Shown here: piece after piece, positions 35,853 through 48,752 of the stretch
Position numbering within the stretch: the stretch's first letter is position 1
How the letters are laid out: every line of letters begins with the position of its first letter
Program-made: the position numbers and the translations under genes
The notes under the pieces: generated by a model
Told to the model about the DNA's origin: nothing
The model's input: the letters and a program-made list of their open reading frames with translations, nothing else
Databases searched by the model: none
Origin: Amoebophrya sp. A120
Lineage: Eukaryota > Protista > Dinoflagellata
DNA: 64,000 nt
Assembly (NCBI GenBank): GCA_905178155.1
Contig: CAJINV010000011.1
Location: 1,509,216-1,573,215 of the forward strand
Direction: 5' to 3'

Positions 35853-38800
35853 ATGTTTGGAAGACCTCAGGGCTCCGCATCCAGCTCCACCCGGCCGCCG
35901 CCGCGAGCAGTACCGAAGATTTGTGTTGCGCTTTTAACATGCACATGCGATATGAAACAGCACTTGAAACCTCAGGTCTGCAAGTTATGTTGTACTTGAA
36001 CTTCTTTTGGTTTCAATATCAGGCCTCCGCCGGCGGCACCGGTCTAGTGCACCGCGACGAGGAGAGCATCGAGCGGAAACTCCAAGAGGGTCTGCAGCGT
36101 CTGGAAGACGCCCGGTCACTGGTTTCCGCAGCGGCTGCGCGCGGGGGTGCGACAACCCCCGGCGCGGCGAGTGCCCGCTCGCAGTCTACTTTCCACCCAA
36201 CAATTTCACAGCACAACAAGTCCGCGTCGCACAACTTTAATATCTCCGCAAGTCCGGCCTCCTCCGTCGGAACAACACAGCAGCACCCGCACATCATTTC
36301 TAGCAACGGACCAACTACTTCTAGATTTGGCGGCGTCGCAGGCGGATCGAGTTCGTCCAGTGTACGTGCCACCCCGGTGAGACCCTACATATGCATTGCA
36401 AAAATATCGTACATACTTGTATAAATGCATTACAAATTGCCTCAGCATGAGAAAGAAAGTTTGTAATGCTGATGTACCATAAGAAAAGGACTTGTAATGC
36501 ATGATTGCAATACGAGTACGATGCTTTTGCAGTGGATACTACAACCAGCAGATCGACTTGTTGAACTCTTCTACCGCGTCGCACAGTTTGTTGCACAACG
36601 GGATGAATAATGGTGGGGGAGGTGCACCTCCACTCGGTGGAAGTGGAACGTCCATGACTTCGGGCTCGCACAGCACAACTAGCATTGTCTCCGCGAACCA
36701 CGCTGCCTGGAGAGCGAACGGGTACGACCCGCAGGCTTCGCGGATGGCGCTGCAAAACCTCGCGCCAGAATTCAACATCAGCACGACTTTTGATACGTCG
36801 ATTAACCACTCGGTGAACGCATCCGCTGCGGTAAACCGACCACCGTTCTTCGCCACACTGAGCAGTGACCCAGATGTCGTTGCGGGAAAGTCTTTGTTGG
36901 AGCGAACGAAGGTATAGAAAATTTGCAACATCATGATCGTAAATCTAAATCTAGATAAATTTTACAATTTTGGAAGCTGCACGCAAAAACAGGAGCGAGA
37001 TGCATCTGTGTGTGCGTCACGCATGAAGGCATGGTTCACTTAGAATGATGGTATAATTCGGGGGAACGAAGCTGCTTGGCTCAGCTACAAGAATAGTAGA
37101 AAATGCGAAAGCATCTGGATCACTCACCCCTGCAGCCCGAGTTCCTCCGCAACCAGGAGGGCCGGATCAAGCAGATGGAGTACGAAATCAAAGTCCGCCG
37201 GCTCGAGGACGAGGTCGAGGGGCTTTCAAAACATTCGAACGACTACCAGGCAAAACTCGAAAAGACGCAGGAGCAGCTGCACAACACCCGCCACGAGGCG
37301 CAGGTCCTGCAGCGGGAGAACGAAATCATGCTGGAAAAAACGGAGCAGTTGGAGGAGGAATTGAACCGGGTGCAGGCGTATGCATCGCAAAACTATCAGC
37401 ACTAGCGAAAATAGCACTACAAATTTTTTGTGGAACAGAAATGCAGTTTGTCATGGAGATTTCGCTGAAAAACCAAGTCTGTCATGCATGGTTGCTGCAA
37501 TTACAATTAGTACGAGTGCGATACCTTTGCAATGTATTAGGCGTTTGCCGACGGGTATTCTTCGGAGAAGAAGGATTTTGAGGAAAATGTGAAGAACTTG
37601 GAGAACCAAGTTACAGTCCTGACCGCATCCGAGGAGACGCTTACCAAAGAGCTTACCGCGATAAAAGCCCACGCGACGGAGCTCGAACAAGAGTGCACCG
37701 GGCAGTCAGCGGAAGTGGTGCAGCTGAGGCAGAAATTGGAGGAGACACAGGTAAAATATCATGACGAGTTGCTGCAGCACTGAATGTCTATGCCTTGCAA
37801 GGATCTCGTATTCCCGCAGCTGCAGCTACGGATAAGAATGCGTTTGTCTGATTTTTAAGGCGCAGTCCTATGCTATTTACCACTTAAAACTGGAGGAAAA
37901 AATCCTCAACCCCAATCCTTCGTCCCATCCACCAGGCCGCCCTCTGTGCCGCAACCAACCGCTGTGAGTCCTACCACGCGGAGTCTAGTAGTCTCCGGTC
38001 GGATCTCGACGCCCAGAAGGCGCTGCAGGTCCAGCTAGAGTACCAGCTGCAACTAGAGCGGAACAAGAGCGACAAGGCCAGACAGGACAAAAAGCGTTCC
38101 GCGGATACCGTTAGCGAGTTGCGGTCCGAGTTATCCGAACTGGAGCAGCAGGCGCACATTTTGGAAGCGCAGTTGGAGCATTCGCACACCCGAAACGCGG
38201 ACCTCTGCAAGGAGCTGACGGTCAGCGGAAGCACAGGGGTGAAGGTGAAGTCTAGAGCGGCAAAGTGGGCAAAAGAGGTACTACGTGATTCCTCGCGATA
38301 TTTGATTGCATAGCAAATAGCGAGCATCTCATTGGTTTGTGGAAGCCTCAGCCTATCGGTGTAAAGCTAGGGACGAAAATCTAGGCCAACATCTTGCCCT
38401 GCTAACGAATCTTAATTTACATTCCTGTCACTATCAGGTCGAGGCTTTGCACAAGTGGAAGGGCAAAGCGCTGATTACGATCCACGCACTGCAATCCGAG
38501 GTGAAGCAGATCCAAGGCAAATACCAAAAATATTTGCAGTACGCACACAAACTCCACCAGGAAAAGGATTGCTCCTCAACCAGGGACGTTTCCGCGTCCT
38601 CTGCATCTGTCGGTGCTACAACCGCACAACAGCAAGCGTGTACAACTGGTGAATTTTTGATGTTGTTTTGAACTTGAGGATGAAGTAAACAAAGCGTCTG
38701 TCATTATTGCCGATCAAACCATGGTGCATGACGTTATTCTGCACGGCATGCTTCAAGACATCAAGGCGAAAATTCTGATTGTTCCAAAAACAGCCGCCGT

Positions 38801-39002
38801 GTATCCCCCAGCGGGGGGTGCCGCGAATGTTACGAGCAAGAGCGTCTTGTTACCGAACTTCTCAAATCCTTTGTTGGCCGCGAGTCTGAAGGAAAGTCGG
38901 GAATTACTGGCAGCAGCGGCCGCTGCAGAAATGAACCAGGCCAGTAGTGACGAGGACGACGTCAGTTTTCAGGACCTGCGGCCGGCCTCGCTGCGCGCGT
39001 GA
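35853..39002 (+). CDS. Coiled-coil protein, 8 exons
   Basis: Phase-consistent GT-AG introns 35910-36022, 36912-37135, 37751-37935, 38278-38437, 38649-38793 plus introners at 36390 and 37379; start codon tentative. Confidence 0.7.
36390..36538. mobile_element. TIR introner (family D), TSD CTACA
   Basis: tatgcattgcaaaaatatcgtac / gtacgatgcttttgcagtggata; 154-nt removal gives VRPY-NQQ. Confidence 0.92.
37379..37538. mobile_element. TIR introner (family D-like), TSD AGGCG
   Basis: tatgcatcgcaaaactatcagcact / agtgcgatacctttgcaatgtatt; 165-nt removal in frame; the TSD also allows GC-AG ends (37376-37540). Confidence 0.85.
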
Positions 39003-39637
39003 GTGGCGGATTTCGGCTCTTAGAACAGAGTTGGATTCGCTTCTTCTGGAGAAACGAAAGCTATTGACATTGTTGCACCACACAGAACTACTGTGTGAAT
39101 GCCACAGACATGATGATGGTTTCTATTCAGCTCGACAATTTTTGTCCTTTTGTTCCCTCAGGACAAGGTCAAGGACTAAGGATTCATTAATTGGAAAGCG
39201 CAGTGCCAGTGGAACAGAAAAACGCAACCGCAAAAAGCTGTTTAGTTAAGTACATTCATTGTTGTGTTGCTGTTGCAGAAACAAACTTCCGAATGATTTT
39301 CAAGTTGTGTTGATAGAGACAAACGTCCCGGCTCAATCAAACTGTGGATCATCTTCAGCAAGGCGATAGAGCTTCAAAACGGTTGCTTCCCACGATTCTT
39401 CAAAAAATGCACGTGGTGCTCGTCTGCAATTTTCACCGATCCTTTCATTTATGTCTTTTGAAAAAACTACTGTGCGGAAGACCGTGTCACAACTCTTCAA
39501 AAAGCTATAGTAGTTTTAGCTGTGAACAAGGTAAGTAGGTTAAGGTTAAGCTTAAGCAGATCTTCCCTGATTGAAGAAAGACCACCACTTTTCCTGTCGT
39601 AACCGCATCAAAAACTACATCACATCGTGCGTAGAAA

Positions 39638-42600
39638 ATGACGTCAAGCAGATGGGGGAGTCGGTACAAGCCGCACCAGGAGGGGCGCGCTGGTACATCG
39701 AGCTCTTCCTCTACGTCTACCAGGAGCAAAAGCTCTTCAAGTAGACCTCCCTCCAGTTCGTCTTCTTCTTCCTCCGCCTACGACCAGATTTGGACCAAAC
39801 GGTGGGAACCGGAACTCAGAGCCAAGATCGAAAAAGCGCAGGAACCGTTGGTGCAGAGTGTTTTTAGGCAGGTTTTTGGGAGACAGCATGGTACCAGGAT
39901 CATGTCCTCAAGTTCGTCCAGCTCTTCGAGCAGCTCGTTCATCGGAGGGGCATCTTCAAACGTCGGCGCGAAGTCCTCGTCCCAACTTCCGTTGTTCTCA
40001 GGAGCTGCACCCGCTGAAGCGAAAGTTGCGTACCTACCCTGCAGCTTTGTGGACGAACGGGCTGCGCTGCGACGCTTGGCACAGGAGTACTTGTGACGAT
40101 GATGATGTGTCGTAGTTTCGTGCAACAAGATGGACTGAGATTTGTGTGAATTATTTCTAGTAAGTAGCCAAAGTCTTCGAATTATGAGCGTGTTCTTGAA
40201 CGGAACGATAACGAAGTACACGTGTGCAATTTTCTGTACAACATCAAAACAAACCTCTCACACAGGGCACGCAGCTCCACCCGAATCGGCATCCGCCCGG
40301 TTTTCATGGTGCTACGAAACCGATATCACTCCCTCGCGGAGCTGGTAAATGAATTGCTACACCGGTATCCAAATCATTCCAATCTCTTCGAGGTCTTGCA
40401 CAGCTGGAGTTTTCACTCGCGTGCACTGGAGACAAGTTGCGATTATAATGGGATGCTGTCACCGTCAGATTCGGAGTCAGAGGAGGACGAGTTTGTCGAC
40501 GCTATGGAAGTTGACGACGACGACGAAGTTGGAATGCGGGAGGCACACCGTGGAAAAAATAAGTACAAGCAGAACTACAACACCACCGCCAAGCAGCCGC
40601 AACGCGTAGTCATCTTTGTCCTCACCGACACTGCCGATCTTCCCGAGCCGGTGATGTCCGAGTTCCTGCAAGCGCTGCAGCTGATCAGCAGAGCAAGCAG
40701 TTGTCAAATCAAACTGCTTCACTCGACCCCGCTCGCCCCCCGGTGCAGCGAAGCCTTCCAGCATTTGTCTCGTTCCGCGTGGCTGCCGGTGGCGGGTAAA
40801 GGACTCGATCAGATTGACATGGGCAGTGCCACAGAGGTGTTCGCGGTGAGTGAAGAAACGAAAAAGGATTTGGTCCGGGAAATGCTGCAGATGGTGGCGA
40901 CGGATGTTTTTGTGCCGCTCATTGTGAGTCCCGGGACGATACGTGAAGTGTACATGATTTGGTGTTAAGTTTCGACGTGGATGTCGAAGTAGACGAGAAA
41001 TTCAAATTATACGAAATCGCATTGTATCCCAATGTTGACGCCGTCATGATTATTTTGAATTTAATGCGAATATCTGAATCATGATCATCATCATGAAGAA
41101 AAAAACACAGCTGGACCGCCGTCCAAGAATCGCACGGTTGTAGCTGCGTTTGGCTTCTTATGACAGTGCACAACTCCCCCTCCCCCTCATTTGTGATGCA
41201 AATTACCCAATCCACGCCATGCCTTGAAGCACTGTTTGCATCGCAAGTTCTGGCCGTCCAAATAGCATTACACCCCTGTGCAGATTTGTCATGCAAATCC
41301 TGCTGCATTCTTGCTGACGCTTGTATTGCTGTTCATGCCATAGCCATACCCATACAAATGAGCGGGAGGGGGAGTTGTGCACAGTCATACTTCTGGACCG
41401 GTTGTCTTCGCTTGTAAAAACCGCCTGTGCTGCAGCCGGCACCTCCGGGCCTTTCCCAGCGGAGAGATTTCTGATCCCGATGCGGTTACCTGAGGATAGT
41501 CCAGAGTTCAGCCTGCAGGGTATTTGCAACAGCGACTCGCCAGCATCCTCTTGGTCGATGTTGAAGGACGACAAAAAACGGAACTCGTTCGGTGAAATTT
41601 TTGAGGAGCAGAACAAACTTTACTGGCGTGAGGTGTTTACCGAGCTGGGCTCGCTGCTCGGTTTGGATAAATCAAAGTTCGAGGAAGCGTGCGAGAAATG
41701 CGGAAGAGATCCAGAAGCGGCGCGACAACTTCTCGCGGAGGCAGAAGAGTTGGACCACATAGGAGAGACGAATTCCAATCTGCTAGTATCCGGCCGAGGA
41801 ACAGCAGCTTCTGCTGCTCTAGACACGATGGAGCGCAGCCGGGCAGGAGCAGAAGGAAAGAAGGAGAAGCAGAGCAACACACCACTACTGAAACCGCGGC
41901 CCGGCGGCAAGATGACAAAGACGCCCACCAGAAAAACTCCGCAACGCAAAACGTCGAAGAGTAGCAAGGCGGGGGCTTCGCAGGCGGAACAAAAACAAGC
42001 AGAAATCAGCTCAAAACCAACACCAACTATGAGCAACCTCATCAATCCAGAAGCCGCTTTGCTCGAAGAAAGACTTACAGCGCTCGCGGTTCAGCTATTT
42101 GGAGATCATGACAAAATATCATTTTCGAAACTCGCAAACCCGAGCCCCTCTGCGCTAACAGTGATCCTCGCGCAAATGTGCAACGCGATTACGGATTTGA
42201 CGCAATGGCGGATGGCTCTGCTGAAGGACTTTTTCGATTTGCATCTCGACCAGCTGAAGCGAGCGGGCGACTGCGTCTTCGATCTGTTCCTCTCCGTCTG
42301 GGAAGCGGCACTGGGGATGGCAACAACGAGAAACATCATCGCGAGAACAACAACCAGGAAAGACTCTACTTCTTCCTCTGTTTTGACGACCAAAAATGGC
42401 AAACAGCCTCTTGCAGCTGCTTCCTCTTCAACTTCTACCGGCTTGGATTCGACGACGTCGGCAAGAGCAAGCTTCTCTTTCTTCTCGCTGAAACTCTCAG
42501 AAAGCATCCCGAAGGAGGAGGAACGGAAGGGCTGGATGGGAATCTTTGAAGGCGAGGAGAGTGTCCTGAAGCCAGTTCCGAGCGCGTTGCTGCACTTCTT

Positions 42601-43466
42601 CTGCGATCGGCACGTCTTGTCTAAGGAAGCGCTGAAGGCTTGTGGCAGCTCCTGTGCGGAAACCGAGATTGGTGTTGATCCTGCCGTTGCTTTATCTTCG
42701 CAAGTAGAGAAGATGAAGCGGCGCGTTGCGCTCTTCGAGCCGACACAGGCGGGACAGGAGCTGCTGCTGTCGTGCTGCTCGGAAGCGGAATGGCGGGTAC
42801 TTACGTAACAAACGTCCACTTGCGCTACTGTCGTAAGTATGCAAATGTTTTTTTTTGCGTTTGTTAGCTCGTGAAATACTTCCACATGAGTTGCAAGGAG
42901 AAGATGAAACATCAAATCTATACTAGGTGAGCGCCGCCCTAGCTCCGGGAGACATTGGGTTCGCCAGCCGCTTGGTCGAAATGTCGGGGAGCCGCATTGG
43001 GGTGAACGAACTGAGTACCCCCGCGTTGATGGCCCTGAGCTACTGGGGCTTGACGAATCCCCCATCGCGCGCCCGCACGGTGCAGAAGCTGGGTTTCGGA
43101 CGCTTCTGGTACGTGGAAAAGCCGTCGGTTGTGGACTCCTGGGAGGATGAGCTCGGAACTGGAACTGGAACTGGGGAGAACGGGAATAAGGAAAAAGCAG
43201 GACTAGGGGGAATTTTCGATAGCAACGTCGCGATATTGGACGACGCGGGAGAGCTTGCGCTGCTGCAAGATCGGGAGTACCAGCTGCGGGCGCGCAGTCA
43301 AACGCCCGGTGCGCAAGGACGCAGACCCGTGAACAAGACGCCCCAGCCAGTGGCGATGAAGAAGGCTCCGGCGTCGGCCCCCGCGAAGAAGCGGACCCCC
43401 GGCGCGGGCAATCGGGGAAGAGGGAGGAATTGCGGAATCAAAGCGGCGCCCGCGGGGCTCTGGTAG
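39638..43466 (+). CDS. Divergent protein, possibly origin recognition complex subunit 3 (ORC3)-like
   Basis: Introns 40087-40265, 40950-41110, introner 41159, 42797-42926 are phase-consistent. RVVIFVLTDTADLPEPVMSEFLQAL and C-terminal ALMALSYWGL recall the ORC3 degenerate AAA+ and winged-helix segments; by eye only. Confidence 0.5.
41159..41389. mobile_element. TIR introner (family G), TSD CTTCT
   Basis: TIR tatgacagtgcacaactccccctccc / gggagggggagttgtgcacagtcata; 236-nt removal restores frame. Confidence 0.93.
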
Positions 43467-45489
43467 TGTTGAGCGACGTGAAGTTGATGTTTATGGTAAA
43501 AGAAGTGGTCCATGTCACTGTCAGTTTGATTACCGTTTAAGTTTACACGAGCATTCACTTTGATGCGTATGGTCAGTCGTTGCCCTGAACCTAAGGTCTA
43601 GCGCTAGTGCGGAAGAGAAATAGCGACAACTGAGACAGAAGCAACTTTAAGGTTCCTCACAACTTTTTGAATAAAAAACGTGTTCCGTTTCTGCAGTTGT
43701 CCGTGTTGGCGGGATGTCTTCTGCTCAAGTACGGGACTTCAGCACTCTTCCCAAACCGGACAGAAGTTCGCAAGTATGTGAGAACGAGCACGAAGATGCT
43801 CCGGCCCAGCCCGGCGGCGTCCAGGTTGATGAGGGCGATAGCCCGAAGGAGTACGCGGCCAAGGTCTGGGCCTTCCTCGTCCCGGAATTACTTCCGAAAT
43901 TGGACAGCCTGAAGAATTCCCGCGCGGCGAATGTTGCGAAGGAGGACGCCGGGCCTCTTGCTAAGCGCCTGCGGCTGCGTCTGTCCGGCCAAGACCAGCA
44001 GGGGGCTTGTGCAAAATTCCCGAAAGATGGAGCCTGTATGTATGGCGCGACGTGCAAATATTCGCACGCGGTTCCTGAGGGTGAGGACCACATCCGGAGG
44101 GCCGTCGATGCCATCGGCTGGACCGGCTTCGGTGTTGCCGTCTCGTGGAAGATCCGCGGCCGGCTGCCTGTGCCAATACCGTAGCAGCGCAGCGCGCAAC
44201 CCCGTCTGCCCGCAAAGGCTAGCGGCCACGCGTGGGGCGTCCGGCTGTGAGTTCGCCGGCGCCCCGAAGCGAAAAGGCGAGCGGCCCAGGCGGCGCGCGC
44301 CGGCGACCACGCCGGCGGGCCCATATCCGGGCGGCGCGCGAAGGAGCTCGACGGCGCGGCGCCGTTGCGCGGGTTCGTGCGTAATCCGTCGCGGCCCTGT
44401 GGCGCGCGGCCGTGGTGTGCCCGCTGTATTTCCGGGGCAGGGTTGTCGGTCCTTCCAGTTTGGGGGCAGCCGGGGAAGCTGTCGCGCGGCCCATTGGCCC
44501 CCGCGCCCCCGGGCAAACTGCCTGCGCCGGCGCTTGGGGATGTCGGTGGACGGATCCCGCCGGGCGGGCGGGCCGCCTACCTTTGCGGCGACGCGGTCGG
44601 TGGCGCGCGGGGATGCCATCGGGGAAGTGTGGAGCCACCTCAACCGCCGCAGATACCGCCCAGAGCCCCCTCCTGCTGCTCGTGGTGGACAGGCATAAGC
44701 GGACGAAGGGGGCCCGCGCCCAACTCCTCGCCCGCTCGGGGAGGAACGAAGGCGGGCGCGGAACGGAAAGCAAAGCAGCGCGCCCGCCGGCCCCGTTGCA
44801 ATAAAGGCGGGAAGCGGGAAGGGTGTGAGCCGGGCGGTGGTCGCCGGCCGGGCGGGCCGGGGCAGGCAGCAAGTTCTATCTGTGAAAGTCTGCGCGGCCG
44901 CCCGTCCGTCGCGGCCGGCCCCGCGCGTGCAGGCATTCCCTCGCGGCGGGGCGGCGCCCTTTGCCCACGGTACCTGAAGGCGCGCAGGGGCGGCCGTTCG
45001 GAGGTTCGCCAAAGAAGCTGCCTTGCGCCATCAAAAGCGAAACAACCGAAGGCAAGCGGCCGCGCGATCGAAGGAACACTGCCGAGGGAATGGATTGCCT
45101 GCAAATCCTTGCCGCCCCCACTGGCCCGCTCGACTCCCGCCCTTCCCTGTTTGCTTTCCCTGCCGCTGGCCCGCGCGCCCGGGCTTTGGTGGTGGCCGCG
45201 TGTCTTTCCTCTCTGGCCCCCGGCCGGGCCTTGCCTGCTAGTTAGGCGGGCCCGGGCCGGGCGGCCGGTTTGCCGGTTGCGTTCGTTGCCGGCCCGGGCC
45301 GTATCTTTCTGGCTGGGTGCCGTGTGTGCGCGGCCGCCTGCCTATTAATTGTTTCGCACCGGCCGGCCACCGGGCAAGCACGCAGGTGCGCGCTTTGCTT
45401 GCCTAGGGGCGCCGCCTCCCTCTGTGGTTCGTGCGCCCTTCCCACGGCAGTTCCGCCGTCTGTCATGGCCTCCTGCGGATAGATTGCTT

Positions 45490-46713
45490 CAGGCAGAGAG
45501 CCCGCGGGCCGCGGGGGGCACTAAATCGCAGCTAATTTTTGCGGGATTTCCCCGAAGCCCTTAGGTGGGGCGGTGGTTTTCCTCCCTGGGCGTTGAAGGC
45601 CCCCGGGCACGCAGGGTTCCGTCCTTTTCCACAGCGCCCGGGGACCCGGGTTTTTTTCGAGTCCCCCGCTGGCCCCGCATGCTTTTTTAAATGAAAAGGC
45701 ATGGCGGGAATTAAAATTTAAAAATTCGGGCCGTTTTCAGGGGATTCGAAATTTCGAACGCCGCGGGGGCTTCTTTGGTATTTCCGCGCCCGGGTGGTTC
45801 CGAAGGTGGTGGGCAGCGCTCGCGGTCTTGCTTTCCTGGGGGCCCTCGGGCTTTCGGATTGGGTTGCGAAGACCCTGGCCGCGAGGCCAATGATGAAATC
45901 CCTCCATCCTATCATTGTTTCGCTCTTTCGCAAAGCCATTGTCGTTTGGCTTTTCGAAAGCATTGCCAGGGGTCCCGATTATCTCGTGTTCTGTTTTGGA
46001 CTTCTAAATGTGCTCGCTGTTTTGTTTTCTATTTTTCTGCGGGATTCGTGTGTTCGGCAGCTGTCTCTTCAACTTCTATTTTTCGCGACACTGGAGATTT
46101 CCAAAGGAAATCCGCCAAAACGCGAATTTAGAAGTTGAAAAACAGCCGCCCGAACATGCGAATCCCGCAAAAAATAGAAAGCAAAATAGAAGCACGATTT
46201 AGAAGCCAAAATAGAATACGACTTAGAACATGGAATTAAAAGCGAAAATAGAACACGATTTAGAATACGAAAATAGAAGCAAAATTAGAAGCAAAAATAG
46301 AACCCAGAAATAGAAACAAAAATAGAAGCAAAATTAGCCGCGGAATTAGCAGCGAAAACACCCGCCCGCGGGGGGTGTTCCGTATGGGTGTAACTGGGTG
46401 GGGTGTTCGATGGGTGGCGTTGTTTTTCGGCCGGCTTTGGGATTTGGGGTCTTGGTTTGTGGGAATTCACCCTGTGTGAGGTTGCCGGCGCTGCCATGTT
46501 CCATGTGTAGAAGACGGCCTGCTTCTCATTGTTTTCTTTTTCTTGTCCTGAATTCCCTTTCCTGATTGCTTTGGGACCTCGTGTGCGGCAACTTGGGTTG
46601 TCGCTTTTTCGGGTTTGGGCCTTCAACTATTATCCCGGACGCCGGGGTTTGAAAAAATCCCGCAAAAATTAGCTGGGAATTAGCGGCCGCCACCGCCCCG
46701 GGGTTTCTGACTG
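45490..46713. mobile_element. Non-autonomous hAT-like element nested in the relic
   Basis: CAG...CTG termini, TIR incl. cagctaatttttgcgggattt / aaatcccgcaaaaattagctg; 8-bp TSD gattgctt (45482-45489) / aattgctt (46714-46721). Confidence 0.75.
46170..46345 (+). repeat. Degenerate ~12-bp tandem repeat (AAAATAGAAGC-like)
   Basis: Repeated aaaatagaa/ttagaa units inside the hAT-like element. Confidence 0.8.
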
Positions 46714-47415
46714 AATTGCTTGGCTGAGTCATTTTTTTGGTGGCGCGTTTGGTCGCTTACGCAAGGAAGCGCACTGAAGCCTGCCTCTTTAGTTGCCTTT
46801 GATTGGTTTGCCGCGGCCAGGGCCACAGTCAGAAAAGCTACCAACATGCAATTTATAGCATTAGGCACCGGGCGAAACCAATGCCCGCATACACCAGAGT
46901 CGTCAACCGGCGGGAATCACGATAGTTGACGCTTGTTCCCAGAGGGTTAGCAGGCACGCAGCGACGCGGGGGCGAATGCCGAGTCTGATCCTTCGCCCGC
47001 CGCGTGTTCGTTGGTTCGCTTTTTTCTTTCGTTTTTCAAGTGTGGTCAGCGTGTGACCGTGTCAGCGCAGGGATCTTTTTTTTTTTGTCATGGATGAGTC
47101 TACTTCGTGCGTGGCCCACATGCGGTCACAAAGGTCTTTATCTGATGACCCATGTTCACAAAATCAACAAAACAGTTGTACCGCCGCGCTAAGCTGCGAG
47201 TATGCCAAAACGGTAAAACTCCAGCTCTAGTAATGACCGAGCAAAAGCTGAAGCCTTGAGCGCTTTTTTTAGCTCAGACAAACATAATTTCTTCGAAAGT
47301 GAAACACCTCGACCCGTTCTCGCTACTGTGCGTAGAAGCAGGCGTGCGCAAGCTGCTTGCAATTTCTATACTTCTCTGTCCAAATAAAAAAAAGCCCAAG
47401 CGACCTGCCCCGTTC

Positions 47416-48752
47416 ATGATGATTCCCCGCGCGCCAACGCGGATAAAGCTCGTGCTGGAAGATGCTCAGGAGTATGGTAAGTGGTTAAAGCAAAAGGGCG
47501 GACATCAAGCTGCAGGAATTGTTCACAGCGCTTCTTCATCTTCTTCTGGAGGCTGCAACGTCATCAATCCTGACAGCAACGAACCCATGAACAGCAACGG
47601 CGCAAACCTCCCCCCACACCAGCGCATCTTCGGTGGAGGAGGAACCGCATTACAACACGGCGATCACGGAACAATTATAGCACCCAATACGACCCGCGGC
47701 CCCGCAGGCGTTGTAATCCAGCAACGCCAGCAACACGGTAGTAGAACCGGCGCCTTCGGAGGCGCATTCATCGGGAGCAGCAACTTTGGAGGCAGTGCCA
47801 GCGACGACATGATCAGCGAAATCCCGCACGAGGCGGAGTACCACGGGGTTTTGCGCAGAGGACAACTGTTGCAGCCACCAGGAATGGGTAACACCTTTTC
47901 TAATCAGGGTCACCACCATCAGCAGAGACCAAGCAGGAACCGCAATGGTGCCGGGATTGCGGACGACGAAGACGACGTGGAGGCTATGCTCTTGAATGAC
48001 CAAGCGATGATGATGGATGACCGCAGCCAGATGGAGGACATTATCAAAGTGAAAAAAGCCCCCACCCCATATCGGAAACGGAAGATGCGCGAATTTGTGA
48101 TGCTGTATTCGAGTACACAAATCGACTTGTATTGCTAGAAGTCCAAGCGACGAAGCTGCGGCCTAAATTGCAGGCAATCTGTCATGCTGTTTCCCACTTC
48201 CAGTTGCCTCCTGTCATCCTGGAGCTGCAAGGCTTTCCCACGCTTGGCAGCACTACAGTCCGCATCTTTTGCGTTCTAGCATCACAAAGCTGATTTGTGA
48301 CCACAAATCTGCATCACAGATTTCCGCTTTGATATGGGGAGGGGGCATTTTTCATTGTAATAGACATCTCGCATTCCTTAGAGGAGTTCGGACAACCAAA
48401 TCCCGGAAGCGCGTCCAACATCGAGCACCACAACATCATGCAAGGCTTCAGTGCCTCCGAAGCGGACAGCAGCGGGGGCACACCGTTAGTTAGCCCGGGG
48501 GATGTGGTGGTAGTGCAACCTTCCGATGGAGGTGGACCGATGGGTCAGCAGCAGCAGCAGGAACTACCACCACAACCACTCCAACAGCAGCTACATCATG
48601 TTCCTGCGAGTACTTCTATACTAAGCTCGGAGGAGGAGCGCCGGGTGCAGGAACTCCTCGGTTTAGGATTTGCACGACAAGACGCGGAACGAGCGTTGCG
48701 GATGGTAGAGGGAGACGTGCAAAGGGCTGCTGCGCTGCTGATGGACAATTGA
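47416..48752 (+). CDS. Protein with Cdc26 (APC/C)-like N-terminal motif and C-terminal UBA domain
   Basis: MIPRAPTRIKLVLEDAQEY resembles Cdc26 MLRRKPTRLELKLDDIEEF; C-terminal VQELLGLGFARQDAERALRMVEGDVQRAAALLM is UBA-like; joined across introner 48042. Confidence 0.65.
48042..48362. mobile_element. TIR introner (family F), TSD GACAT
   Basis: tatcaaagtgaaaaaagcccccaccccatatc / gatatggggagggggcatttttcattgtaata; 326-nt removal joins ORFs 47299 and 48438. Confidence 0.92.

Larger units (their letters stand above)
43600..47100 (+). mobile_element. Degenerate GC-rich transposon relic with gag-like CCCH zinc-finger ORF
   Basis: ORF 43714..44184 has C-x7-C-x5-C-x3-H (CAKFPKDGACMYGATCKYSH), followed by extremely GC-rich, non-coding-looking DNA; boundaries approximate. 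Confidence 0.45.

Noticed and set aside
43725-45564. Long overlapping Arg/Gly/Pro/Ala ORFs on both strands (also 53900-55700)
   Set aside because: Expected from extreme GC content with few stops; no recognisable domains.
47260-47280. Relic dinoflagellate spliced leader (ttttttagctcag)
   Set aside because: Match to CCGTAGCCATTTTGGCTCAAG is too short and degenerate.
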